Source: Diadema antillarum
Taxonomy: Eukaryota
DNA length: 64,000 nt
Assembly (NCBI RefSeq): GCF_040938485.1
Contig: NW_027270999.1
Location: 1,860,001-1,924,000, forward strand
Direction of reading: 5' to 3'
Shown: one piece after another, positions 47,749 through 59,354 of the stretch
Layout of the letters: each line of letters starts with the position of its first letter
Numbering within the stretch: position 1 is the stretch's first letter
The notes under the pieces: model-generated
The model's input: the letters and a program-made list of their open reading frames with translations, nothing else
Told to the model about the DNA's origin: nothing
Databases searched by the model: none
Made by a program: the position numbers and the translations under genes

Positions 47749-50700
47749 CTACGGCTCGTAGGTGAGGACATGAACGCTCCCGTCGGAGTAGCACGGAATG
47801 ACCACCTCAACGTTGCCATCGCCGTCGAGATCATGAACGGTTGGCGCACCCACGGTTCCATCCGTAGCCTCGAATATGGACCTCTTCGTGTAGCTCCAGT
47901 TGTTGGTGTCGGAGTCGTTCTCCGATTCGAACACGTAGATGTTGCTGTCGTCGTCACCGGTTAGCATTATCAGGGGCTTGTTCCTGAACAAAACACCATT
48001 TGAAGCAAAGTAGATTAGCATCTAACAACACCAGAAATGATTATTTTACAAAATGATAATAAAAAGGATGATAAGAAAGCATTCCTTTCTCCCTTCACTT
48101 TTCTCCTCTCTCTTTCTTCCTCATTACTACCGTTATCAGTGGTTACAAAAGTTTGACTTTGGTATATAATCTTGAAAATACCATGACATGAATATCTCCC
48201 ATCATGTGCATCTCTGACTTAAGTATTTCTTTAATTGGACAAATGATCGGAAAGTTATTGTCAGAAAAGATTCCATGGTTATGGACGTTAAAATGCGACG
48301 GCAACACAACAGCAACACAACAGAAGACAGAAGTAAACACAAGGATACAACAACCGGCAGATTAAAATGTGTACAGAAACAGTTGCGCAGCAACCTGAGG
48401 AAATTAGGCTTACTTGAAAAGAGACAAAGCGAGACCAAAGCGATGATAACCTCGTGATATTGGGAAATAGTAGCGATGAGTTAATGGGAAATGTATCGAT
48501 TAGGGACTTTCAAAGGGTTTCCAATGGATATAATTCTGCTCAGAAGTCACATTTCTATGACAAAATTTGCTCTCAGCCCATGAGATGCAAGAGTTTCAGT
48601 AGCTAATAACAACTATCTGAACTTGTTATTGATAACGACTTTCATGAAACGGGTCCTGAAGGCCTCTCTAAGACTGACCTGTACGTCCCGTCTGGCTGGA
48701 AGGTGAAAGTGGTTCCGGGTGAACCCATACCCTCAGTCACGACCAGACCAGGGGGCTTGAAACCTTCAGCGATCAGGTGTCGAGTCCACGTGCCAGTCGC
48801 CCAGTTATCGGGGATTTCAAACACGACCAGTTGACCATTTGATTTACTGTGGAAATGAAGTATTTTATATTACAAGGAGTAGAGAGGACACTGAACGGAT
48901 GTGTTCAATATACATAGTGAGAGGAAATTCTGCGGGGAATGTTGATTTAAAGGCAACAATTGTATATAAGATCAATTAAATAATTACACAAAAATGGCTA
49001 AACATGAAAGGAATTAGATGGAATAACGGTATATCACGTTTCTGTATGTTAGTGTACATTTTAGTTTTTACAGGAATTTTAAAGTAAAAGATGAATTGGT
49101 ATCGTGATTGCGACTTTGTATATACGTTAAACTCCACAACACCCTCTTCCTGATATATTTGATATGATTTGCTTCGTATTCCCGACTGTTGCCTTTATTT
49201 CAAAGTATATACTATCCTACATTGTAGCTATAGATCAGATTATTTTTATTTCATTCTTGTTTAAAAGCGATCATTCTAAACACCTGTTGATGGAGACTAG
49301 GAGGTCCTTTCTGCCGTCTCCGTTGATATCAACGTACTGAAATACAGGAAATGATAACGAACAATAAACAAGGGTCATAATTTGATTACTAGTATACGCA
49401 ACAATGGAACATGATCATAATACTATATACTTCAAACAAAGGCATAAGTACAAGACACTTTCAACCCGTTCATACGAACTTTTCTGACGGCAATTTATCT
49501 TTGCATTCAACGTCAGCGATGGTATTAGAATTGATATAATTTTGTATACATTGAATACAGATGTGGGTGACTCATTATTTCTATACAAATGTATCAGAAG
49601 CTGGTATACTGCTGTACCAAGTCTCAAAATGGTCACATAATGTACAAATAACATCCACACACACACACACGCACACACACATACACACACACAAAGGAAA
49701 CTATTTGAAAACCAAGAAGTAATCTATCATTAGAACAAGAATGTAGGCCCCACATTTATTCCGACCCATGTAATCACCATGACAATCTACATCATCCTAA
49801 ACTTAAACTGAAACTATCTATGTATTAAGTTCAATGTCAGAGGAGAATTTTGGTTTACCTCACAGTCGAAATATCGATTATCGGCAATCGCCTCAATAGT
49901 ACGGTGGTTCAAGTTCTTGAAATTTGGCTGATCTGCAAAAAATGAAAAAAAAAATCGATTGTTTTGTTTTTATCAAGAAAAAAATAAATCCTGTGCAAAT
50001 GCACTGATATTCGATAAGTTTTTTTTTTTGTGTGTGTGTGTGTGTGTGTTGTATTTTCCCTGGCTTTCTAATACTGAATTTTGTCATCAAAGTTTATGTC
50101 GATAAGTCAAACAATGTAATGTATATAGACGTAATGATGTAACGATATTACAGAAAAATGATTGCGAAGATAAACGCTTTACTTTCTCGCACTGATTGTT
50201 TCAAAAATGAATTCTGATGATTTCTGCCACCGGTATCAACATCATCATCATTGTCACCATCAGATGAATATTGAAAGAGATATTTTAAACTATCTGATTG
50301 ATTAGATAAACGAATAATTATTTAATCAGCAATCAATATATTAAATTTGTCGCAATTTAAACAGTATAGTACAACCGAAAAAATACCCTAATAGTACTTT
50401 GAAACACGATAGCAAGATGGAGAATTCTTTAGAGCAAAAATTCGTCAATATACCCACCGTCGTCGGACCAGGAGGCGACCAGTTTCTCGGCAAAGTACTG
50501 CGTGCTGAAGATGGCCGTACGCGTGACCCATGGCGACATCGGTATCTCCTCGTAACGGAAAAGGGCATCGGGACCCTCGAAGAGCGTGTCAACATCCCAT
50601 GTGGTGGAGATGGGATTCATCCGTGGCTGACTGAAGTACACCATCTCTGCCAATGTCGTTGAGGCGGATGCTAAAGATTCAGGAAAGGAGGGAGTGGGCG

Positions 50701-53229
50701 GGGGATGATAACGGGATGGTAATCATGGGTTCCTGTTATTACTGCATGTCACTGAGAAACAGGTGGGTGTGATGAATTATATTTGTAGCCTCATTCTGAA
50801 CATTATTTTATCAAGAGCAATAACGATGTCGATGGAAAAGTGAACAAATTGGAAAGATTAAGGTTGCTTAAAGTTATAAAGGGGGAAGTAAAATCTGAAC
50901 TCATAAGCAATGATGAGACTTATACATCGACTCAGTATCATCAGGGTTCTTGTGGCGGTAAACAGCCACGCTTTCAACGACCAACGAATCTGTTTTAATG
51001 CTCCATTAAGTGATGATTAAATCACTTTCCATTAACACAAGAATATTGCTAAATAGCGGTGTTACTAACAACCGTTGAGTACACAGAAATGCCGCAAGTC
51101 GTCCGCAAAGTTTTGTCATGTATGTAAAATGCAATATCTATATCGGATTGCCCTTGTCTACATCGGTCCTATAACTATGTTAAAACCACGAACTCTTTTT
51201 GTTTTCAATACAGTACTTCTCCACCGGACTTTCCCTGCATTTTCCCCGAGTTCATAACGAAGGATATTACCCACATGTATCGGCTCTGGCGGTGAGCATG
51301 TCTTTTCGTCCGTCACCATCGACATCGACGAAGTAGACACGATGATACCACCAGTGCTCCGTGACCGACCCAGTGGTCAGGTCGTGGTAGGGAGCCGGGT
51401 GGGCTGTGTGGAGAAAGCAACAACTGGAGAGGTCATCTTCCCTTGCAAACACTCTCTTCTCCTGTCGAACAAGATTCACTCACAAATGAAATTTACTGCA
51501 TTTCTTAAAAAGTGATGATTATACTTCATCATTTACAAGCTGATACATGTACATGATACACAATGTGGACAGGTTAATTCTATGTTACATGTTGATGTTT
51601 GATGAATACGTTGTAGAATTGAAATTGGAGTCAAATGACTCGAAATATCATACTTTCTCAGACATACGTGATTCTCTATAATATCATATTTAATTGAACA
51701 TGATTGCCACATTGCCAGACCCATTCTTTTTAGGTTTCTGTTTAACATAGTATTTGTAAAGAGAATTGTCTAAGTTGTCAAATAATATTACGATTCAAAA
51801 GTGATACCCCTCTGGTTCAACGCAGGCTCTAAACAATCAAATTAGACATTTAGATCATTTACAATTTGAATGAACACATACAATGGCTTTTCGTTCGTCG
51901 CTGTTCAGTTCACTGTATGATTATACACGTGTGGCTGCGTTTGTCTGAGTTGATTTCATGTATGTCTTTTTTGCTCTAATGAGAGTACTTTACTTAATTT
52001 TTCAGATATGATGGGAAATGCAAAATCATGATATTGGAATATCTTTTCAAAGGCATTAATACATAGATTACTCCTGCCTTCCATTAAAATAACATCCCAT
52101 AAAAAAAAGAAATAAAATAATACATTACAAAAGGTGAGTTCAAACACACAGGCCTACAGGTCATGTATACATCTTAGGTATAGAAAAAAAGCACTGTCGA
52201 GTCCAGAGGACATATTTTTCAACTTCTCGTTTAACTCTTAGCTATAAGTTGATAGTCATTCCAATAGATTAAACAGAAAATGACACTCACACGAACTGTC
52301 TGCTTCAATCACACCAATACTTCCTGCTGTTTTGCCGGGGACCAAAAATCCGTTGGCCACCCACCAATACCGATCGGTGCCGAATACATCTTCTGTATAA
52401 TGAGAAAGGGAAAGCAAGGTGGTTTCGACAAGTCCGTTTCCCCTAAAATAAGGTCAATAGTACAGTTCAGAGTGGGATTGAAAGAAAAGCAATTTACCAG
52501 GAAAGAAGAACTTGAGGCAGAAAGATGTATAGTTAGTATAGTCCTTTGTGGTTAAGGGAATTTTTTTATGAATATGAAAACTCATTAGTAATTACGGAAC
52601 GAAAAACGTGGGCGTGTCTCCATACAAATCATTACAATCAAGACAATAGTGACATCAGCTATCTCTAATATTTGGTCATGTAGAAGAAATACAAATCACA
52701 CAAACAAGCACAATCTATCTTTCTTTCATCAAAATAAAAAGCAACAATTCTTCTCGCGATCTCTGTTGGTCAGCTCGTCACATCTAAGGTCATGATTAGT
52801 TATTTCGCATAATATTTTTGCACTTCACTCCGTTTCTGTCTATTTTTCTCCTTTTCTTTTAATACTTCCTCCTCTCTCCCTACATGATGAGATGTTGATA
52901 AAGTCGTCCATACCTGGAACAGGTTCCACTTCGTTGGGCCACAGAAGACCATCAGCCAAGGTCTGTCGGGCTGAGTTCAGGTTACTACGGCCCAGCTTGC
53001 TGCCGATGTCCCTGATCACGTACACTTCGTCCGTAGACAACGGGTTGGCATTGAAGGTGCTCACGGTCAGGTCCAGCTGGTCAGGATTGTTGGGATTCTC
53101 GTGGATGGCCGAGAAGGCTGCATCATCCGCGTCGAATGAGGTTATTTCAACGTAACTATCTCCCCGGGCCGCCCCGTTGAGGGCAAGCAAGACGAGGCCC
53201 TGCGCAACAAGAAGTAAGATTCTCTCCAT
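47749..53229 (-). CDS. Uncharacterised secreted FG-GAP/VCBS-like repeat (predicted beta-propeller) protein, paralog A, 429 aa, 8 exons
   Basis: Exons (minus): 53229-52914, 52392-52291, 51403-51275, 50670-50458, 49932-49859, 49336-49284, 48846-48679, 47983-47749. Total 1290 nt, GT-AG, phases 1,1,1,1,0,2,2, TAG stop. Hydrophobic signal peptide MERILLLVAQGLVLLALNGAARG. Three DxD/NxDG loops: FVDVDGDGRKD, YVDINGDGRKD, HDLDGDGNVE. AATAAA on the minus strand at about 47572-47577. Confidence 0.88.
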
Positions 53230-54244
53230 TTTGAGTCGGGAGATGTGTCGAAGACGGTATCTCAGTGAAAATGAGAGGAGTTGTTATCTGTATCGAGTAT
53301 AGATATCACAGACACAGGAAAATATGTGTCGTTCTTCGCCAGAAGGGCGTGTTCCCAAGCAAAGCTTGTCGGTCGTCATCAGTAGAAGACGTAATACTTG
53401 GTGCTGTACAGAAAGTAACTACAAAGGTCATTAATTTACCATAAGTCTGCCACCTGAAAACTTGCTGTCTAGACAAACTGATTCTCCCTCTTGATTCAAG
53501 ATGATTCGTCTATCATCATCAAACGGAGCGTAAACCGTAATACACCCATATACAGTACATACACACATACACTCCCACACACATTTAGTTCCTATACATT
53601 GATGGTTACATTTTGAAGTCCGCCTATATAGTTCAATGAAATTTCGTCAGATTTATCAAGATTGGCGCCAGTGAGTACCAGAGTGACTAACCTCATTGGT
53701 TGATAAACAGGCACAGAAAAATATGAAGAGGATGCAGGTATGAATGAAAGCATTATGCATTATCATTTATACGATAGGAAAAGACAACAAAAATTCAGAT
53801 CAAATGAAATCAAATCAACCCAAGTATAGGGGAATGAGCATTGCAAGCGAATGTGAACTAATTGCATTCTAGGTCTTCTATACTTGTGCTCACAGCCGGA
53901 GCACGAATTTTAGGCAAGGTTCACACAATATTGTATTTTTGTTTTTCTAACGACTATAAACCAATAAATCAGAGTACCATTAGCAAATTACTGCATGTTC
54001 CCCTAACCCCCTTCCCCCTCAAAAAACCCACAACAACAAACAAGCAAAAACGAACGAACTATAAACAAAACACTGAATGAATTGAGTTTTTAACCACCTA
54101 AAGACATCTTAGCAATTTCTGCAACAGAATTGCGTATATAGTGGAGAAATACATGTGAATAATGGAGGGAAAGTCTCACAATCTTCATTCCCCTTTGGAT
54201 GTTTTGGACAACATTGAATTCTCTCATGTCAATGTTAACATGTA

Positions 54245-54276
<32 letters not shown>

Positions 54277-54309
54277 GGGAGAGGGTGGGACTTTTACCAA
54301 AGGCTTTAA

Positions 54310-54804
54310 GGAAAATTCCAGTCCAAATATAAGTTAGTTTGATCCAAGAAAGGGTAAACTATAAGGTAAAATTTTGATCTAAATCGGGTGAAAATTGAGG
54401 AAGTTATAAAATTTTGAAGTTTCGTTAATTTTTCAGGAAACAGCTCTTGCACAGTCAACATATGCAAATAGCAAAGTGAGCAAATCTTAGTATATCTAAC
54501 TGATCTCTATTCTGAAGTTATTCAACCAGGAATACCATCATGTTTCAGAATTCAATGACAAACATTGAATTTTCGTCATTTTTTTACACGATCCATGGAA
54601 AATATTGAGGCTATGCCATGGTTAGCTCACTCATTTGCATATTTATATCAACCGTATAGAAGAACTGTTTTGCTGAAATTATCAAAACTTCAAAATGTCA
54701 TAACTTTTATTTTTCATCCGATTTCAGTGAAAATTCTACCGTTTAACTGGTAAGATTTTACTCTTTTTTATCAGACTAACTTATATTTGGACTGGATTTC
54801 CCCT
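54310..54804. mobile_element. Kolobok-like MITE between the two paralog start codons
   Basis: TTAA|GGAAAATTCCAGTCCAAATATAAGTTAGT...ACTAACTTATATTTGGACTGGATTTCCCCT|TTAT. Confidence 0.7.
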
Positions 54805-55164
54805 TTATTACGACGGCCTTACAGAGAGCCAAAAGTGACAATGGACACATTAACTTCTAGCCCTCTCATTCGTTTTAATTAGGGCGTGTGATTTAAAGCC
54901 CACACTATCTAGGAATGGGGTGGATACTTTGTCCGTAGAAATGCCTCATGATGTCCGACGGCGTTTAAACTCTTAAATCATAATACAGCAGTCTTTTTCA
55001 TGATTCTCGCCTGCCGTTACATATAGTATGCCTCCAGTGTTTTCGAAAATCGCTCTCACGTGCTTGCAAATGAGATGTAGAGGTAAACAACGGATGTTGA
55101 GTAATTTCTTTCCATAATCGTAAGCGGATTACTGGCTAATGCTCTTAATACCAGCCATGAGATG

Positions 55165-55172
55165 TATATAAA
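55165..55172 (+). promoter_or_regulatory. Candidate TATA box of paralog B
   Basis: TATATAAA about 120 bp upstream of the ATG at 55290. Confidence 0.4.
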
Positions 55173-55289
55173 GCCCTCAGCACTTGTCTGAATCACATAC
55201 TTTTGGCCCTTGACACCAACAACTCAAGTTGACCACATCTGCAATATAATAAGAGGGCAAATATTTAAAATACATAAATTTCTGTGAAA

Positions 55290-55683
55290 ATGATTCGTTG
55301 GTTGGTATTATTAGTCTTGTATCCAGCCGCCATGGCTTGGACGGTGCGGAATCTCGGGCACATCGACATCCCTTTCGCTGCCTTCACCTCCGTTCTTCCC
55401 GACCCCAACACGGGAGTGGACACCGTCTCCATCAGCACATTCAACCCCGTGCCAGGCACCAAGGATAACATCTACATCGTGCGCGACGTTGGGCGACAAC
55501 TCGCCGACAACGGTGCGAACGCCCTGGTGACCGAGGTCCTCGCGGACGGCATGGTGTGGCCCAACGAGGTCGAAGAGATTCCCGGTAAATCTTAATCAAT
55601 TTGGTGATAATTATTATAACAATGACAATTGTGATTTTCTTTACCAATTAAGAGTAGACTCCCAATGGGCCCAATAAAAAATG

Positions 55684-55727
<44 letters not shown>

Positions 55728-58700
55728 CCCAGCATTACAAGGTAACACGTTTTGTTCAAGAGGGACATTAGACATCTAAGCACAGTGCGTGGTTCGAACT
55801 CCAAACAGCAGACTGGAAGTACAGCGCCTTATCCACTGTACCACAGTGTATAGAAGCCTTTTATGTTGAAGGGGAAATGCGTCTTAAAAGCGACAGTTTG
55901 AATACAGCAGTACTTGTATGTAATTTTGGATAAATTTCAAGGAAACCTGAATGGGAGTATCCCCATATATTCCAAACTAAGCTTTCATTTAAAAAAGGCG
56001 AAGCTGCAGAATGAAGTACCCCACCCCGACTGAGACGGGTGGTCTAAACTTTAAAACTGATGAAAATGCCTACGGGTAACACTGGTAACATCAATGAAAA
56101 GTTCCCGACAACAAGAAACTTAAGAAAGTTTCAATGATAGTAAATTGACACAGACACGTAAATACAACCCTGCTCGCCCCAGCGTTATTTCTCTGATATT
56201 TAGCTTGTCAAACAACAACGACAACATGATGTTGTAGAAAATGTGGTCTTTTTTAATGCATTCACTCAAGGAATATTTACTTCACCTAAGCAATATATTC
56301 AAGAACATGAATTTTTGCTTACACATGTCACAGCAACCTCGTAGCGAAATGCTACATTGCAGAAAATTCATGTGTCAAAATAGTAGGCTTTCTTTAACAA
56401 CTACGCACCTGCTTCAAACAATGGTAAAATTTACAGACAGAAATTGCCTTAACTCTGTTTAGAGCACGGTACAGCAGCAAGTACTGGTCCTGTCAGGATA
56501 AAGTATTTAATGCTAGGACAAAATGGTGTCAATTTTTTTTTCAAGAATAGTTATCAGACAAGTTTATATGCTTCTGCGTATATTTTACATTTTTGTGAAT
56601 TTTTGATGTTATTGTCTTTTCTTTACAAAATTACTACAGATTCAAAACACTGTATCGGGCCTGCACTTCGATTTGAACCATTATTTAAGTGAGAGAAGTG
56701 TGCATCATAAGTATAGAAAAAGCTATGTAGGTTATTCCTAAGTCTGCGGTATCTTAGCCTTTTCAAAACCAATTTTTCATCTAGTGAACTTCGAATTTCT
56801 CTTAGAAATTAATACCTATTCTCTAGATGATATTTCATCAGTGGTTTCTTATTTCACAAACAGTTAAAATCTGAATTTCCACTCTCGTGATTAACTATGC
56901 ACGCGACTGATATGCCAATGTATGGTATTATGCAAGTTAAAGGACAAGTCCACCTTCATATACATAAGGATTGAGAGAATGCAGCAATATTAGTAGAACA
57001 CATCAGTGAAAGTTTGATGAAAATTGCACAATCCGTTCAAAAGTTACGAATATTTTAAGTATCTGCGCAGTCACTGCTGGAAGAGAAGACTACTACAGTG
57101 TATGATGTCACATGCGTACAACTATATAAGGAATATAAAAAGAGAATTTCACAAAACTTTACTTTTTGAATAAAGTGCACATTTCTTCGACTTGATACTG
57201 ACGTATGTTAAGGGTAATATTATTCCCCTGCCTTCTGAAAGAGAGAAGTCGAGTGTTCTGTTGTTATGCGAGAAAAATTGAAATATGTTGAATTTTCTTT
57301 ATTCTTTCTTTATATCGTTGTACTCATGTGAAATCACAAGCTATAGTAATCTTTTCATCCAGCCGTGACTGAGCGGAAACTTCAAAAATTCATAACTTCT
57401 GAACGGATTGTTCGATTTTGCTCAAACTCTCACTGATGTGTTCTACTAATATTGCTGCATTCACTCAACCCACATGTCTATGAAGGTGAACTTGTCCTTT
57501 AATGACGTGTACTGTGACATCCAAGAACAATAGTTATGATCAATGTCTTCAGGTATATAGCCCCATCCATCATCAATAGAATATGGTGCCGGATACATGG
57601 CGATGTGTAATCTAATCACAAGGCCAAATTAAAATAATGCACTGTACCAGGCAAGGAATTATTCTCGGACTAATATTTGAGAAAATTTACACCTGTCCGT
57701 TCCAATTGTCTTATCTTGTCAATAGATAAATTCAGTCTTATCGGATATAACAAACACAACTCACATGTGGTGACACTGGGATACTGGTACACAATAATGT
57801 AGGCGTGTAGGCACATCATGCCGTTTTATCGTACGAGATATACAGCGACTGCGCAAAGACCCTCTTGAGCCCATAGTAACCAATGGTTTGAAGCGGGATG
57901 CAATTGTGGGATTTGCGCATGTCTGTTTCTCTCGTACTCGTATCACCCGAGTTTGGTGACGTTTTAATTGGTTATATAGCTGATTAAGGTGACCGTGTAA
58001 GTGATGGGGGGGGGGGGGGCAGAAGAAAAAATAGAAAGAAGGGAAGAGGGACAGAAGGAGGGAGAAAGGGAGTGATGAAGGAATACTGATGGATATGTTA
58101 TTCGGCGGGAGCAAGGCACACACGAGTTTACACTCAGGGATCTGTAATCGCATTAATATATTTTGCTGTACCATGATTTCGACCTTTCGCAATACGTGAT
58201 TCCACTAGATATGAAAAGCACATTATTTGTAGGATATGAAAACATGATTATACTTAACTGTCTGAAATGCTAATCATAATCAACTTTATAAAACAGCAAC
58301 TAGTAACATAAACTCTTGCTTGTCACAACAATTTCACTCAAACAACTCTTTAATACAAAGACATGAAGTCATAGAAAAGACTAAAGGAATAGCTCTTGGG
58401 TGAGCCTTTAAGTTTCAAGTTTGTATAACATTTATTTTCCATCTTTTTTTCATGTAGGAAATCACATGCATGAAATTATTGTACAGGAAGGCAGAACCTC
58501 AAAAAAGCAAAGCTTGTGGTGAGCTGCCTTTAATCTTTACATGAATCATAATTACTCTACCTTATTCTTTCGAGGCATAAACTGGATGCCATCCAGAACT
58601 CACGTACCCCTAGCCTTAGACTTTATTAATGGACGTTTAATCCTTTTCACTCAGACGACGTGTTTGGTCGCCATGGTCTGTGGTGGGTCGCCAATGGGTT

Positions 58701-59314
58701 CCTGGTCCCGACCAAAACGGACGGTAACATCGAGATCATCGAAGCAGGGAATGACACTTCCAGTGAGTGTACACAGTCAAGATAAACACTATTTACCTTA
58801 AACGTTCGCCATCAACCTGCAGTCAGTTTCTGGAAGAATCTGATGCGGTATTCAAAGTCGTATGTTTGGGGTTCTCTCTTCCCCAGGCAGGCTTCACGTC
58901 TTTCCACATTACCCCTCCCCACACACTAGCATAATAATTATAACGCCATTTTGAGCTTATTCCCATTTTGACTGATGTACCGAAAAGGAAATCATCAAAT
59001 TGGTAACGTTTTTATTGGCACCGTCCCGTATTGGTGCTTTGGGATGTTTGAATTTTAATACTCTATTTTTACGTTAATTGCGCTAATAGACCTGTCAGGC
59101 ATAATACATTTGTAATGACTAAAATTAATACATTCGCTCACATGTAGTCATCTGTTTGTCTGAAATTTTCACAAAGTCGCACCGGCCACCACCTATGACA
59201 TCACTACCCGAGTCCTCGACAGATCCAAATGGTTCTACCATCGAGTTTACTTCGTCGATATGGACAAAGACGGCCTCAAGGACGCCCTCACGTGTCGTGC
59301 ATATGTACCAGTAG
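55290..59314 (+). CDS. Uncharacterised secreted FG-GAP/VCBS-like repeat protein, paralog B (exons 1-3 only; 3' part not found in window)
   Basis: Exons: 55290-55584, 58655-58762, 59177-59314 (GT-AG, all phase 1, the same positions as paralog A). Signal peptide MIRWLVLLVLYPAAMA. Shared motifs STFNP, RDVG, LADGMVWPNEVE, WWVANGFLVP.KT.G.I and WFYHRVYFVDMDKDGLKD. Confidence 0.85.
55730..55847 (-). mobile_element. Degenerate tRNA-derived SINE head
   Basis: Minus: TGGTACAGTGGATAAG (box A) and GAGTTCGAACC (box B), then non-tRNA sequence. Confidence 0.55.
56941..57498. mobile_element. Kolobok-like MITE with long TIRs and TTAA TSD
   Basis: TTAA|AGGACAAGTCCACCTTCATA...TATGAAGGTGAACTTGTCCT|TTAA. Inverted similarity extends over more than 150 bp. 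Confidence 0.8.
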
Positions 59315-59354
59315 GTAAGCACATAATCATTTTGCAACCGGAGAGTCTTCGAAA

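Noticed and set aside
51271-51275. Alternative donor GTAATA at 51270 for paralog A exon 3
   Set aside because: It gives phase 2 and breaks the frame with exon 4. The GTGGGT donor at 51274 gives phase 1, matches paralog B, and the same hexamer is used at exon 4.
47749-59314. Bacterial contamination or recent horizontal transfer as the origin of the VCBS-like genes
   Set aside because: Both genes have multiple canonical GT-AG introns at shared positions and are interleaved with host SINEs and MITEs. An ancient transfer cannot be excluded without a phylogeny.
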